This document shows positions 8,552 through 18,984 of a stretch of 64,000 bases of DNA, one piece after another. The stretch is taken from NCBI GenBank assembly GCA_945860275.1, contig CAMAPN010000002.1, forward strand, positions 29,769 to 93,768. Reading direction: 5' to 3'. Position numbers and translations under genes: made by a program. A model generated the notes under the pieces. That model saw nothing but the letters and a program-made list of their open reading frames with translations. It was not told where the DNA came from and made no database searches. How positions within the stretch are numbered: position 1 is the stretch's first letter; the number at the start of each line of letters is the position of its first letter. The stretch comes from Bifidobacterium breve. GTDB lineage: Bacteria > Actinomycetota > Actinomycetes > Nanopelagicales > Nanopelagicaceae.

Positions 8552-10942
8552 GTGAGGTTAAAAAGCCTAAGCGTTACGCTCCTTTTAGTCATATCGAGCT
8601 GGCTCGCTCCAGGGGCAATCACCGCTCCGGCACAAGCTCTCTCCGTACGCTCGATCCCTGGAAATTGGGATGTTACCTACGCTTCATCAAGCCCTACCCA
8701 AGGGCCCTCAACAATCGCATTCGATGAGACAGGTCGCGATGTGCTCTCAACCTTTAATGTCTCGTTTATCTCCGAGTCGCGACAGCAATGGCCAGAAGAT
8801 GCAAAGAAAGCATTTTTGCGTGCAACGAAAATTTGGTCGTATCTCTTCCCCTCTCCAGTGCCGATAGATGTTGAGGCATATTGGTCGCCGCTCGAACCAG
8901 GAATTCTTGGGAGCGCACGCCCAGGCGGAGCGCGTGGTGGCGGATACTTTCAAGATTTCGCAGGCGCTCCAGAGAAGAAGCTCTGGTATCCAGCTGCACT
9001 TGCTAATTCAATTAACCGAGATAAGAGAGATTTAGATGATCTCAATCCTGAGATAACAGCGCGCTTTAACTCCAATTCCCTATACGTCAGTTGGTACTTC
9101 GGCCAGGATGCCAAGCCCGGAGTTAGGCAATACGACTTTGTTACTGCCGTGCTTCATGAGCTTGCCCATGGCTTGGGATTCATCTCACAAGAAACGTATA
9201 ACGAACGACTGAAAACTTTTAGTAACAACAACCCAACCATTTTTTCAGGGTTTGTCACAAACAGTTCAGATCGACGCCTTTCAGATATACCAAGCACAGA
9301 TACAAGCTTTGCGACATACGTGACAAGCGATCTCTTCTGGATTGGTGAGAACGGTAAAGCCGCAAATCAAAATTCAAAAATCAAGTTATTTACTCCTAGT
9401 GAGTATAAATCTGGATCTTCTGTCAGCCATATTGATGATGCGCTCTATCCAAAAACAGCTTCTAATGGGTTGATGAGCTCCTCAATCTCGATACAACAAG
9501 CGATTCATGATCCTGGACCAATCGCACTGGCAATGCTCGAAGATATGCGCGGGAAAACCCCTGAATCTCAATTAGCGGGTGTACAGAATCTCCGCGGTAT
9601 TGCAGGAAATAAATCAGTCACGCTCTTCTTCGATGCTCCAGAGCAATCTATTCGACAGGAAATTGCAAGTTATACGGTGAAAATCTATCCGAGTAATAAA
9701 GCTGTGACCACAACTAAGTCACCTTTCACTATCGAGAAATTAGATGCTGGACTTCCTTATTACTTTGGAGTCACACCAAACAGCGGGTCAATTGCAGGTC
9801 CTGAGGTGAAAACGTCGATTATCGTTCCGGAAAGTGTGTGGGCGGTAAGCGCGCTCGATAAAAGCGCGGATGGTCAATATTTAGCGCACGGACAATTTAA
9901 AGGAAGCCCTGCCGTCGTGTACTCAAGCAGTAGTAGCGGTGATCTCTACCTATCGCTTTTTGACGGCAAGAAATGGAATCGATCCACTGTAGATGGCAAT
10001 TCTACTAAGAGCGGTCGTCGCACAAACAATCTCAATGGTGCGATGTCGCTATGCACCACTGGAAAAGGTAAAAGTGAGCGGCTACAGATTTTCTACACCG
10101 ACACAGTAGAGAAAGATCTTCTCCGGGCAGAGTATGACGGTAAAAAATTCACCTTCCAAACAGTCGATGGCGATGGCGAATATGTTCAAGACTACCGAGA
10201 ATCTCTACGCGTTCGCACAGCTAGCAATGTCGCTGTTACAAATGCTTGCGCTGCAACTCCACTTGGTTTACAAGTCTTTTATCGAGATGAAAGTCAAGGA
10301 ATTCTTCTCGGTGCAACGCTTTCCAACAAGAAATGGCGCTACGAAATTGTTGATGGTGATTCGCTCCTAGGTGGCAGGACTGAAGGCGACGTCGCTTTCC
10401 ATCTTGCAGCTGTAGCAGTCGGCAAAAAAGTGCATCTACTTTATGACTCAGTGATTGCGGCACCAAACAAGATTGTTGCGCAGGGAGATGTTCGCTATGC
10501 CATGAGAACCTCAATATCTCCAGAAGATTGGCAGTACAGCGCTGTTGATCTCGGACGCCGCGAATCACCAATTGCAGGATTTGATGTAGCGCTGAGCGTC
10601 ACCGGCGAGAAGATAATGGCTGCTTGGTTAGGAACGTCGAGCACATCTCCTGGACAAGCCGATCGGATCAGATGGATGGACCTCAATGACCCAACTTCGC
10701 TGGTGGAAGAGAAATTAAATGTGGCGCCGAAATCTCCAATAGCTATCTCTGAAAAATCTGTCCTCTACGGATGCGAAGACCGGCTATGCAACTTTGACTT
10801 GGCAACAAGAAAGAGCAAGCTCGCCAGCGAGCAATCGACAGCTAAGACCTCGAAACTTGCCTGGATAACTCTCAAACAGGAGGGTTATGCGCTGGCGAAC
10901 GTCTCTGGGAAACTCTCGCTCTTGAAGCGGCCAGAGTTTTAA
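8552..10942 (+). CDS. secreted multidomain protein: HExxH metalloprotease-like domain, FN3-like module and repeat (propeller-like) C-terminal region
   Basis: The GTG start is followed by the signal peptide MRLKSLSVTLLLVISSWLAPGAITAPAQA. HELAHGLGF lies at 9155-9181 and SVSHIDD follows downstream. An FN3-like segment (VTLFFDAP...YYFGVTP) comes next. About 360 aa then carry the recurring motif K(K)W/F-x-x-x-x-VDG (KKWNRSTVDG, KKFTFQTVDGDG, KKWRYEIVDGDS). Confidence 0.75.
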   Translation: MRLKSLSVTLLLVISSWLAPGAITAPAQALSVRSIPGNWDVTYASSSPTQGPSTIAFDETGRDVLSTFNVSFISESRQQWPEDAKKAFLRATKIWSYLFPSPVPIDVEAYWSPLEPGILGSARPGGARGGGYFQDFAGAPEKKLWYPAALANSINRDKRDLDDLNPEITARFNSNSLYVSWYFGQDAKPGVRQYDFVTAVLHELAHGLGFISQETYNERLKTFSNNNPTIFSGFVTNSSDRRLSDIPSTDTSFATYVTSDLFWIGENGKAANQNSKIKLFTPSEYKSGSSVSHIDDALYPKTASNGLMSSSISIQQAIHDPGPIALAMLEDMRGKTPESQLAGVQNLRGIAGNKSVTLFFDAPEQSIRQEIASYTVKIYPSNKAVTTTKSPFTIEKLDAGLPYYFGVTPNSGSIAGPEVKTSIIVPESVWAVSALDKSADGQYLAHGQFKGSPAVVYSSSSSGDLYLSLFDGKKWNRSTVDGNSTKSGRRTNNLNGAMSLCTTGKGKSERLQIFYTDTVEKDLLRAEYDGKKFTFQTVDGDGEYVQDYRESLRVRTASNVAVTNACAATPLGLQVFYRDESQGILLGATLSNKKWRYEIVDGDSLLGGRTEGDVAFHLAAVAVGKKVHLLYDSVIAAPNKIVAQGDVRYAMRTSISPEDWQYSAVDLGRRESPIAGFDVALSVTGEKIMAAWLGTSSTSPGQADRIRWMDLNDPTSLVEEKLNVAPKSPIAISEKSVLYGCEDRLCNFDLATRKSKLASEQSTAKTSKLAWITLKQEGYALANVSGKLSLLKRPEF

Positions 10943-10961
10943 ATGTAAAGAGTGGCTAAAT

Positions 10962-11060
10962 TTACTTCGCGTTACGACGCTGAATTCTAGTTTTCTTAAG
11001 AAGTTTCTTATGCTTCTTCTTCGCCATACGCTTGCGGCGCTTTTTTACTACTGAACCCAC
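10962..11060 (-). CDS. 30S ribosomal protein bS22 (actinobacterial 32-aa basic protein)
   Basis: Hand translation gives [34 protein letters not shown]. This matches the bS22 consensus MGSVIKKRRKRM-x-KKKHRKLL-x-KTR-x-QRR. SD GGGAG lies 6 nt upstream. The ORF track misses it because it is under 60 aa. Confidence 0.85.
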   Translation of the reverse strand: MGSVVKKRRKRMAKKKHKKLLKKTRIQRRNAK

Positions 11061-11117
11061 GTCACGCTCCCTAAGAATCGACTCGCACTTGCAGGGTGAA
11101 GGTTACCCCAAATTGAG

Positions 11118-12431
11118 CTATAGGAATGACACCCGTGCGCCGGCATCCGCGGAGTACGTCAATAGCGCGCACCCCTTATTTGCTGTGGTCACCAGGGAAA
11201 TCAACTCCTGTTTTGCCACGCGCAGACCCTTCTGGAGTTTGCCCTTGGCATCGACTGTATAGAGGAATATCTCCGCTCCCGTGGGGGCAAACGAGAGTGA
11301 TTTACTTGCGCCCAATAATGAGACAGCAATGCAATTGCCTGCTACTCGGGCGCCATCACTATTTTGGAATCGAGTACTCCAATTGACCGATCCGGTTGGC
11401 GAGAAAGAACTAATAACGCTCTCACGAAGCTTCTTTTCTTGTGCGGTACCAGCAAGGATTAGATTTCCAGTTCCGGAATCCCATGAACGCAGCGCACTCT
11501 TGGTGGCTCCGCTACTTCGCATAACCTTCTCAATCTTTCCCGAAGTAGTGGCAATAGTAAGCGATACCGCGTCAATTTTTCCGATAACTTTTCGCTCAGC
11601 GAGCGTATCGCTGCTACTGCCAACAACAATTACGCTCTTGCTTGATCGTGGGATAACTTTCGTGAACTGAGTGAACTTCTCGCCATAAGAATATGAAGTT
11701 ACAAGACCCTCGTCATTTATTACATATAAGGCGCCGCGTTTTGTATCTGCTGATGGATATTCATCGCCAACGAGATACTTTAGATTATTAGTTGTTGCTA
11801 TAGATGAGGGAAGAAACAATTTGTTATTTGGAACGTTCACAAGCGAAATGACGCTTCCGCTGGAATTAATCTCAAGAACAAAAAGATTATTCAAATCTTC
11901 GCGAAATATCTCTTGCTTACCAACAACTACATTATCTGGATTGACCAAAGGAATAGTTTTGGTAGCGCTCGAACCAGGAGTCGGCGTTGGCGTAGAAGTT
12001 GGCGTTGCACTTGCCGGCGTGGTCGCAGCGGGGCTTGGAATCGCACTTGCACCATCAAGCGGCAAGTTCTTTACCGCCCCTTGTGAAATTCCTGTTGCAA
12101 AAATGGAGTTTCCCGAGGCTGCGATAGCTGTGATAAATCCTTGCTGATCTTGTAATGGATTTATTCGCCAGACCTGCCCACCTTTTTCATCTAAAAACGC
12201 CAAGAAACTCTTCTCATCGTTGTTGTATCCCGCAGTAATAAACCCTTGCTGGAAACGGATGAGATCGATGGGTTTAGAAACTTCTGAAACCGTAGCGCTC
12301 GAAGAGCCTTTGATAAGTGGAATCTTCGGTGCTGCATACGCTTGATTGAGCGTTACGGCGAGAACAGATGTGATACCGCTAAAAGTTATTGCAGTGGCCA
12401 GAGCCACACGTATTCTGAAGTGACGTGTCAT
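11118..12431 (-). CDS. secreted protein of unknown function with Pro/Thr-rich linker
   Basis: Signal peptide MTRHFRIRVALATAITFSGITSVLAVTLNQAYA. The PT linker is PSPAATTPASATPTSTPTPTPG, and the remainder is beta-rich. The ATG overlaps the proC stop (ATGA at 12428-12431). Confidence 0.7.
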   Translation of the reverse strand: MTRHFRIRVALATAITFSGITSVLAVTLNQAYAAPKIPLIKGSSSATVSEVSKPIDLIRFQQGFITAGYNNDEKSFLAFLDEKGGQVWRINPLQDQQGFITAIAASGNSIFATGISQGAVKNLPLDGASAIPSPAATTPASATPTSTPTPTPGSSATKTIPLVNPDNVVVGKQEIFREDLNNLFVLEINSSGSVISLVNVPNNKLFLPSSIATTNNLKYLVGDEYPSADTKRGALYVINDEGLVTSYSYGEKFTQFTKVIPRSSKSVIVVGSSSDTLAERKVIGKIDAVSLTIATTSGKIEKVMRSSGATKSALRSWDSGTGNLILAGTAQEKKLRESVISSFSPTGSVNWSTRFQNSDGARVAGNCIAVSLLGASKSLSFAPTGAEIFLYTVDAKGKLQKGLRVAKQELISLVTTANKGCALLTYSADAGARVSFL

Positions 12432-13213
12432 CCTGAGGCAAGTTCACGTGATCTATCTCGCGCTGCAGTGAGCGCTTGGGAGAAAATCTCACCCAGCCCG
12501 TTATCTTCCAAAACCTTTAGCGCTGCAGCAGTAGTTCCATTTGGACTGGTCACATTTGCCCGCAAGGTTCCCGGCTCAGCGCCACTTTCAGCAAGCATCT
12601 TTCCGGCACCAATCAACGTTTGAATTGTTAACTCTTTCGCTACCTCTTGGGTAAGGCCTAGCTCCATACCTGCAGCAACCATCGCTTCGACGATTCGAAA
12701 GAAATAAGCTGGTCCGGAGCCGCTCACAGCGGTCACTGCATCCTGCAACGATTCATCGACGCGAATAACTCTCCCAGTACCAGAGAGAAGCTTCTCGACA
12801 TCAGCGATATCTGCGTCAGTTGCGCGGCTGCCTGCAGAAATTGCAGCCATGCCTGCACCGACTAGCGCTGGGGTGTTTGGCATCACTCGGACCACTCGCT
12901 GTGGAATCAGACTCTCAATCAACGAAGTTGGCTTGCCTGCGATTATGGAGATGACCAGCGCGTCCGCGGGCAGCGTAGGCCCATAAGTAGCCAGCGTGGT
13001 CTGCATGTCGTTTGGCTTTACTACAAGGAAGCAGTGCGAAACCCCTTGTAGATCGCGCAATTCCTGCACGCCATATCTCGAAGTGAGCTCTTGGCTGCGT
13101 TCGGCACGTTTTTCGATAATGCCAATTTCATGAGCGGGGACGCCGGCCTTGATAAGGCCAGCAAGGATCGCCTCGCCCATCGCGCCTGCACCTATGAGTG
13201 CCAGTGAACCCAT
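12428..13213 (-). CDS. proC: pyrroline-5-carboxylate reductase
   Basis: Rossmann motif LIGAGAMGEAI, plus PNTPALVG and SPNGTTAAAL; 261 aa. Confidence 0.93.
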   Translation of the reverse strand: MGSLALIGAGAMGEAILAGLIKAGVPAHEIGIIEKRAERSQELTSRYGVQELRDLQGVSHCFLVVKPNDMQTTLATYGPTLPADALVISIIAGKPTSLIESLIPQRVVRVMPNTPALVGAGMAAISAGSRATDADIADVEKLLSGTGRVIRVDESLQDAVTAVSGSGPAYFFRIVEAMVAAGMELGLTQEVAKELTIQTLIGAGKMLAESGAEPGTLRANVTSPNGTTAAALKVLEDNGLGEIFSQALTAARDRSRELASG

Positions 13214-13253
13214 GTGTTAAAGCCTAGCGTCAGATACCTCTATTGTTCCTCCT

Positions 13254-14090
13254 GTGCCTGAGGTAAAGCCTGATTTCCCCCGTGAATGGGTTGAGTTCGT
13301 CGACCCGGCCGACCCTGATGGCGACAGATTCCGTTGCGACATCACCTGGTTAACATCAAGTTGGAGTTGTATCTACGGAAATGGATGTCAAGGAATTTAC
13401 GCACAAACTCCTCATGATGGATGCTGTTCTGAAGGCGCAATGTATTCCGATAAAGATGATGAGAAACGCGTACTTAAGTATGCAGCGAAACTCAAGCGAA
13501 GTGAGTGGCAATTTTTTGATGAAGCGCAACCTAAGCGCAAAGGTGGAAAGTTAAATATCAGCGAGGTTGATGAAGATGACGAGCGTAAGACTCGCAACGT
13601 ACAGAATGGTTGCATCTTCTTAAATCGCAAAGGTTACCAAGCGCCAGGATTTACTGGAGAAATGGGATGCGTACTTCATCATTTAGCAATTCGTGAAGGC
13701 GTCCACTTTGTGGAAACTAAACCTGATGTCTGTTGGCAACTTCCAATTCGTCGCTCTTTTGAAAAGTTAGATCTTGGTGATGATGAAGTGCTTCAAGTAA
13801 CTGTCATCGGTGAATACGAACGGCGTGGTTGGGGACCTGGTGGCGTGGAGTTCGACTGGTACTGCACCAGCAACTCTGAAGCGCATCACGGAAAAGACCC
13901 GGTTTACATCTCAAATGCTTATGAGTTAATCAAATTGATGGGCACAAATGCATATGCGGTGCTCAAAGAGATTTGCGATGCGCGGATGGAAGCACGACGC
14001 CAAGCCTCGCCAAAACTCCTGCCGCTACTGCAGGTTCACCCCGCCACGCTCCTAGCGAGTAAGGGCGCCCAAGAGGGCACGAGTCGGTAG
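13254..14090 (+). CDS. conserved Cys-rich hypothetical protein
   Basis: 278 aa with a GTG start. Conserved-looking Cys clusters are WSCIYGNGCQGI, HDGCCSEGA, NGCIFLN, GCVLHH and DVCWQLP. It resembles conserved actinobacterial hypothetical proteins, but I cannot name the family with confidence. Confidence 0.65.
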   Translation: MPEVKPDFPREWVEFVDPADPDGDRFRCDITWLTSSWSCIYGNGCQGIYAQTPHDGCCSEGAMYSDKDDEKRVLKYAAKLKRSEWQFFDEAQPKRKGGKLNISEVDEDDERKTRNVQNGCIFLNRKGYQAPGFTGEMGCVLHHLAIREGVHFVETKPDVCWQLPIRRSFEKLDLGDDEVLQVTVIGEYERRGWGPGGVEFDWYCTSNSEAHHGKDPVYISNAYELIKLMGTNAYAVLKEICDARMEARRQASPKLLPLLQVHPATLLASKGAQEGTSR

Positions 14091-14109
14091 TTCGCTCTAG
14101 GCTGCTGGT

Positions 14110-15495
14110 ATGGCCAAAGCACCTGCACGCGATCCCTTTCGCTGTACCGAGTGTGGTTGGAGCACGACCAAATGGGTCGGGCGGTGCGGCGAATGTCAGG
14201 CGTGGGGCAGCGTTGAAGAGAGCGCTGGTCTAACGCCACGAAAGGTCACCTTGCTTCCCGGCGCAGTTGCTGCGCCTGCAACGCCCATTGGTGAAATCAA
14301 TCTTGCAGCTGCGCAATCGCGCTCAAGCGGTGTCGCTGAACTCGATCGCACTCTTGGCGGTGGCTTAGTTCCAGGTGGTGTGCTCTTACTTGCTGGTGAA
14401 CCAGGAGTTGGAAAATCTACTCTCTTGTTAACTGTTGCAGCCGAAAGCGCTCGCAGTGGATTAACCAGCCTCTATCTCACCGGCGAAGAATCGGCAGCGC
14501 AGGTTCGCTTACGCGCTGAACGACTCAAAGCAATCGATCCATCGCTCTGGCTCGCCGCCGAGACTGATCTTGCAGCGCTAATTTCACATGTCGATCGTGT
14601 CCAACCTGATTTATTGATCATCGACTCAATCCAAACGATTGCAAGTAGCGCTCTCGATAGTTCACCGGGAAGCATCACTCAAGTCCGCGAAGTTGCTAAC
14701 ACCGCAATTCGAATTGCAAAAGAGCGCGGCATCACTGTGATCCTCGTTGGGCATGTCACAAAAGATGGTTCGATTGCAGGTCCGCGATTGCTCGAGCACC
14801 TTGTTGATGTTGTCTTGAATTTTGAAGGTGATCGCCACTCTCGACTCCGACTAATTCGCGCAGTAAAGAATCGTTTTGGCGCAACTGATGAAGTAGGTTG
14901 TTTTGATCTCCACGATGGAGGTATTACTGGAGTCGCTGATCCGACTGGACTCTTCACTACCCGCCATGCTGAACCGGTGCCAGGCACCTGCCTAACCGTT
15001 GCGCTCGAAGGTCGGCGCGCGCTAGTTGCTGAAATTCAAGCGTTAGTCGGGGTAGAAAAAGATCGCGATTACGGCAATGCGCGTCGCGTGACTAGCGGCC
15101 TTGATTCTTCGCGCTGTGCGATGACTCTCGCTGTGCTCGAACTTCGCGCAGGAGTCAACCTCGCCGGACGTGATGCTTACGTCGCAACTGTCGGCGGAAT
15201 GAAACTTGTCGAACCATCAGTTGATCTTGCGCTTGCGCTAGCTGTTGCATCTGCTGCGGTAAATCTCGCGCTACCGCCAGATCTCATTGCAATCGGCGAG
15301 GTCGGCCTTGCTGGGGAGATTCGTCGAGTTAATGGATTACAACAGCGCGCACAAGAGGCCTATCGGCTCGGATTTAAGAAGGCGATACTTCCTGCAGGCA
15401 GTGAAGTGAAAGTCCCTGGGATGGATATCGTCGAAGTACATCGCCTCGCGCAAGCGCTCGAAAAGGTCAAGCTCCTACCAAATAACCAGAAGTGA
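14110..15495 (+). CDS. radA: DNA repair protein RadA/Sms
   Basis: Zn-finger CTECGWSTTKWVGRCGECQAWG, Walker A GEPGVGKST, the KNRFG motif, and a Lon-like C-terminal domain. Confidence 0.95.
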   Translation: MAKAPARDPFRCTECGWSTTKWVGRCGECQAWGSVEESAGLTPRKVTLLPGAVAAPATPIGEINLAAAQSRSSGVAELDRTLGGGLVPGGVLLLAGEPGVGKSTLLLTVAAESARSGLTSLYLTGEESAAQVRLRAERLKAIDPSLWLAAETDLAALISHVDRVQPDLLIIDSIQTIASSALDSSPGSITQVREVANTAIRIAKERGITVILVGHVTKDGSIAGPRLLEHLVDVVLNFEGDRHSRLRLIRAVKNRFGATDEVGCFDLHDGGITGVADPTGLFTTRHAEPVPGTCLTVALEGRRALVAEIQALVGVEKDRDYGNARRVTSGLDSSRCAMTLAVLELRAGVNLAGRDAYVATVGGMKLVEPSVDLALALAVASAAVNLALPPDLIAIGEVGLAGEIRRVNGLQQRAQEAYRLGFKKAILPAGSEVKVPGMDIVEVHRLAQALEKVKLLPNNQK

Positions 15496-15501
15496 TATCA
15501 G

Positions 15502-16347
15502 ATGGATGTAGTTCTCGAATGGTTCCGCGAGAATAAACGTGATCTTCCATGGCGAGAGAGCACGCCATGGGGCGTTGTCGTAAGTGAATTTATGTTGCAA
15601 CAAACTCCAGTTCATCGAGTGTTGCCGCAGTGGCACCGGTGGATGGAGCTCTGGCCAACGCCAGCAGATCTTGCCGGCGCTCCATTAAGTGATGCGCTCC
15701 GTGAATGGGGGCGCCTTGGATATCCGCGCCGCGCTAAACGTTTACACGAATGCGCACAGATCATCGTCCGCAATCACAACGGAATTGTTCCGCCGGAGCT
15801 ACCTGTACTCCGCTCGCTCCCGGGAATCGGCGAATACACTGCATCAGCAATCTCTGCCTTTGCCTTTAAGCGAGGAGAGCTTGTTCTCGATATAAATATC
15901 AGGAGGCTCTACGCCCGATGTTGGCAAGGTAAGAGCGCGCCTACTGCTGCACCGAATAATGCTGAGCGCGAACTCGCTCGCCAACTACTGCCTGAAGGTG
16001 ACGATGGAACCTGGGCTGCAGCCACTATGGAGCTAGGTGCGCTGATTTGCAAAGCGCGCACCCCACTATGCGATGAGTGCCCACTAAAGAATCAATGTCT
16101 GTGGCGCGCCATTGGTTATCCGCAGGAAGCAGGAATAGGCAAGAGCACGCAGCAAGCTCAATGGAACGGCAGCGATCGTCAATGTCGTGGCGTGATCATG
16201 CAGGCGCTTCGCGAGAACTCAGAGATTACGCAATCAGAGCTAGAGAAAATTTGGAGTAATCGTTCGCAATATGAGAAAGCGCTCGCCTCGCTTCTTGATG
16301 ATGGACTCATCGAGCAGAAAGGCAAGCGCTTTAGCCTTGCAAATTAA
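15502..16347 (+). CDS. mutY: A/G-specific adenine DNA glycosylase (MutY family)
   Basis: FMLQQT, HhH LPGIGEYTASAI, catalytic Asp in LVLDINIRR, and the 4Fe-4S loop CKARTPLCDECPLKNQC. 281 aa with a short C-terminal domain. Confidence 0.85.
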   Translation: MDVVLEWFRENKRDLPWRESTPWGVVVSEFMLQQTPVHRVLPQWHRWMELWPTPADLAGAPLSDALREWGRLGYPRRAKRLHECAQIIVRNHNGIVPPELPVLRSLPGIGEYTASAISAFAFKRGELVLDINIRRLYARCWQGKSAPTAAPNNAERELARQLLPEGDDGTWAAATMELGALICKARTPLCDECPLKNQCLWRAIGYPQEAGIGKSTQQAQWNGSDRQCRGVIMQALRENSEITQSELEKIWSNRSQYEKALASLLDDGLIEQKGKRFSLAN

Positions 16348-16361
16348 CCATTAATTAATGT

Positions 16362-18860
16362 TTAGGGCGTAGGTGCCTCTTGCAGATCTTCAGGCGTGTC
16401 AGGAGTTGAGGCGATTGGCGTCGATGTAAAAGTGAAGTGCGCATCGCTACCCTCTCCCGCTACATCAATAAGGACCAATTCGCCCGCCCCCATCTCGCCA
16501 AAGAGGATCTTCTCGGAGAGAACATCTTCAATCTCACGTTGGATTGTCCGACGAAGTGGTCGAGCGCCCATTGCAGCGTCATAACCTTTTGCAGCCAAGA
16601 GGTTCTTAGCAGCAGGAGTCAGTTCCAGCCCCATGTCCTTATCCTTAAGGCGAGAGTCAACGCCGCTGATCATGAGATCGACAATCTGAACGATCTCGTT
16701 CTGGCTTAACTGATGGAAGACGATGATGTCATCGATTCGGTTAAGGAATTCTGGACGGAAATGTGACTTCAATTCATCAGTCACCTTCGCGCGCATCCGA
16801 TCGTAGGAAGTCAGCGCATCTCCACTATTGGCAAAGCCAAGGTTGACCGGCTTGGAGGCATCTCGTGTTCCCAAGTTGGTGGTCATGATGATGACTGTGT
16901 TCTTGAAATCAACAACGCGTCCTTGCGCATCAGTGAGTCGTCCATCTTCAAGTACTTGAAGAAGTGAGTTGAAGATATCTGGGTGCGCTTTTTCGATTTC
17001 ATCGAAGAGCACAACCGAGAATGGTCGGCGACGTACTTTCTCCGTGAGCTGACCGCCCTCGTCGTAACCAACATATCCTGGAGGGGAACCGAAGAGACGA
17101 GACACGGTATGGCGCTCTGCGTACTCGCTCATATCAAGTTGAATCAATGCGCTCTCATCGCCGAATAAGAACGCGGCGAGAGTTCTGGAGAGTTCAGTCT
17201 TTCCAACACCTGATGGGCCAGCGAAGATGAATGAACCACCAGGACGCTTTGGATCTTTGAGACCCGCGCGTGAGCGACGGATTGCCTGAGAGAGCGCCTT
17301 GATTGCCTGCTGTTGGCCAATAACTCGCTTGTGGAGCTCATCTTCCATCTTCAGAAGACGTGCAGTCTCTTCCTCGGTCAACTTCACAACTGGAATGCCA
17401 GTGGAGAATGCAAGAACTTCTGCGATTAATTCTTCATCGACAACAGAAACTTGATCGAGATCTCCTGCTTTCCAAGTTTTTTCGCGTTCGACTTTCTCGA
17501 GAATGAGCGTCTTTTCTTTATCGCGAAGAGCGGCTGCCTTTTCGAAGTCTTGACCATCGATTGCCGACTCCTTTTCGCGTCGAACAGCGGCGATTCGATC
17601 ATCGAACTCGCGAAGATCTGGTGGCGCAGTCATTCGTCGGATACGTAGGCGCGATCCAGCCTCATCGATGAGGTCGATCGCCTTATCTGGCAAGAAACGA
17701 TCTGCTACATAGCGATCTGCGAGATTTGCAGCCGCGGCGAGCGCTCCATCGGAAATCGAGACATGGTGATGGGTCTCGTAACGATCGCGAAGACCTTTGA
17801 GAATCTCGATTGTCTGCGCGACAGTTGGCTCAGAGACTTGAATAGGTTGGAAACGTCGCTCCAAGGCTGCATCTTTCTCAAGATGTTTGCGATATTCATC
17901 AAGAGTGGTAGCGCCAATTGTTTGGAGCTCGCCACGGGCAAGCATTGGCTTCAAGATGCTCGCTGCATCAATCGCACCTTCAGCAGCTCCCGCTCCAACA
18001 AGTGTATGAATCTCATCGATGAAAAGGACGATGTCACCACGAGTACGAATTTCTTTGAGGACTTTCTTCAAGCGCTCTTCGAAATCTCCGCGATAACGAC
18101 TGCCTGCAACAAGTGCACCAAGATCTAGCGAATAGAGCTGCTTATCTTTTAGCGTTTCTGGCACCTGGCCTTTTACGATTGCCTGCGCAAGACCTTCAAC
18201 GACTGCAGTCTTTCCGACGCCCGGCTCACCAATAAGTACTGGATTGTTCTTGGTGCGACGAGAAAGAACTTGCATGACGCGCTCAATTTCGCGCTCGCGT
18301 CCGATAACTGGATCGAGCTTTCCTTCGCGCGCTGCTGCAGTGAGATTGCGACCAAATTGATCTAATACGAGCGAGGTTGATTGAGTTCCTTCAGCGGGAC
18401 CACTTGCAACCGCTTCTTTTCCTTGATATCCGGAGAGAAGTTGGATTACTTGTTGGCGAACGCGATTAAGGTCGGCTCCTAATTTAACAAGTACTTGTGC
18501 GGCAACGCCTTCACCTTCACGAATCAGACCAAGCAGGATGTGCTCAGTGCCAATGTAGTTATGGCCAAGTTGTAGCGCTTCGCGTAGTGAGAGTTCCAAG
18601 ACTTTTTTTGCGCGAGGAGTAAATGGAATATGACCACTTGGCGCCTGCTGTCCTTGGCCAATGATCTCTTCAACTTGTGCACGAACAGCCTCGAGTGAGA
18701 TGCCAAGGGATTCCATTGCCTTAGCGGCTACCCCTTCACCTTCATGGATAAGACCAAGCAAGATGTGCTCAGTGCCAATGTAATTGTGGTTGAGCATCCG
18801 AGCTTCCTCTTGCGCCAATACGACAACGCGGCGGGCCCGATCTGTAAAGCGCTCAAACAT
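16362..18860 (-). CDS. clpC: ATP-dependent Clp protease ATP-binding subunit ClpC
   Basis: Duplicated Clp-N repeats ([14 protein letters not shown] and [14 protein letters not shown]) and two AAA+ modules (GEPGVGKT and GPSGVGKT); 832 aa. SD AAGGAG precedes the ATG. Confidence 0.97.
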   Translation of the reverse strand: MFERFTDRARRVVVLAQEEARMLNHNYIGTEHILLGLIHEGEGVAAKAMESLGISLEAVRAQVEEIIGQGQQAPSGHIPFTPRAKKVLELSLREALQLGHNYIGTEHILLGLIREGEGVAAQVLVKLGADLNRVRQQVIQLLSGYQGKEAVASGPAEGTQSTSLVLDQFGRNLTAAAREGKLDPVIGREREIERVMQVLSRRTKNNPVLIGEPGVGKTAVVEGLAQAIVKGQVPETLKDKQLYSLDLGALVAGSRYRGDFEERLKKVLKEIRTRGDIVLFIDEIHTLVGAGAAEGAIDAASILKPMLARGELQTIGATTLDEYRKHLEKDAALERRFQPIQVSEPTVAQTIEILKGLRDRYETHHHVSISDGALAAAANLADRYVADRFLPDKAIDLIDEAGSRLRIRRMTAPPDLREFDDRIAAVRREKESAIDGQDFEKAAALRDKEKTLILEKVEREKTWKAGDLDQVSVVDEELIAEVLAFSTGIPVVKLTEEETARLLKMEDELHKRVIGQQQAIKALSQAIRRSRAGLKDPKRPGGSFIFAGPSGVGKTELSRTLAAFLFGDESALIQLDMSEYAERHTVSRLFGSPPGYVGYDEGGQLTEKVRRRPFSVVLFDEIEKAHPDIFNSLLQVLEDGRLTDAQGRVVDFKNTVIIMTTNLGTRDASKPVNLGFANSGDALTSYDRMRAKVTDELKSHFRPEFLNRIDDIIVFHQLSQNEIVQIVDLMISGVDSRLKDKDMGLELTPAAKNLLAAKGYDAAMGARPLRRTIQREIEDVLSEKILFGEMGAGELVLIDVAGEGSDAHFTFTSTPIASTPDTPEDLQEAPTP

Positions 18861-18984
18861 GATGCTCCTTTTGTTTTTCTGTCTACTTCTGTCGTCTGCC
18901 CTAAGCCTAGAGCTGGAGAGGGGAAGAGTTCATCTCGATTTTCTCGCCCCGCTTGTGAACGGTATAACGCCAGCGCCAGCCCAC

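Noticed and set aside
15502-16347. MutY appearing truncated (281 aa, short C-terminal domain instead of a full MutT/Nudix-like domain)
   Set aside because: As I recall, actinobacterial MutY proteins are generally about 290-305 aa with a compact C-terminal domain. The ORF is intact and all catalytic and Fe-S motifs are present.
18861-18984. ClgR-type operator (CGC-N5-GCG) in the clpC leader
   Set aside because: Only CGCCAGCGCC-like sequence is present, and the spacing does not match the consensus I recall.
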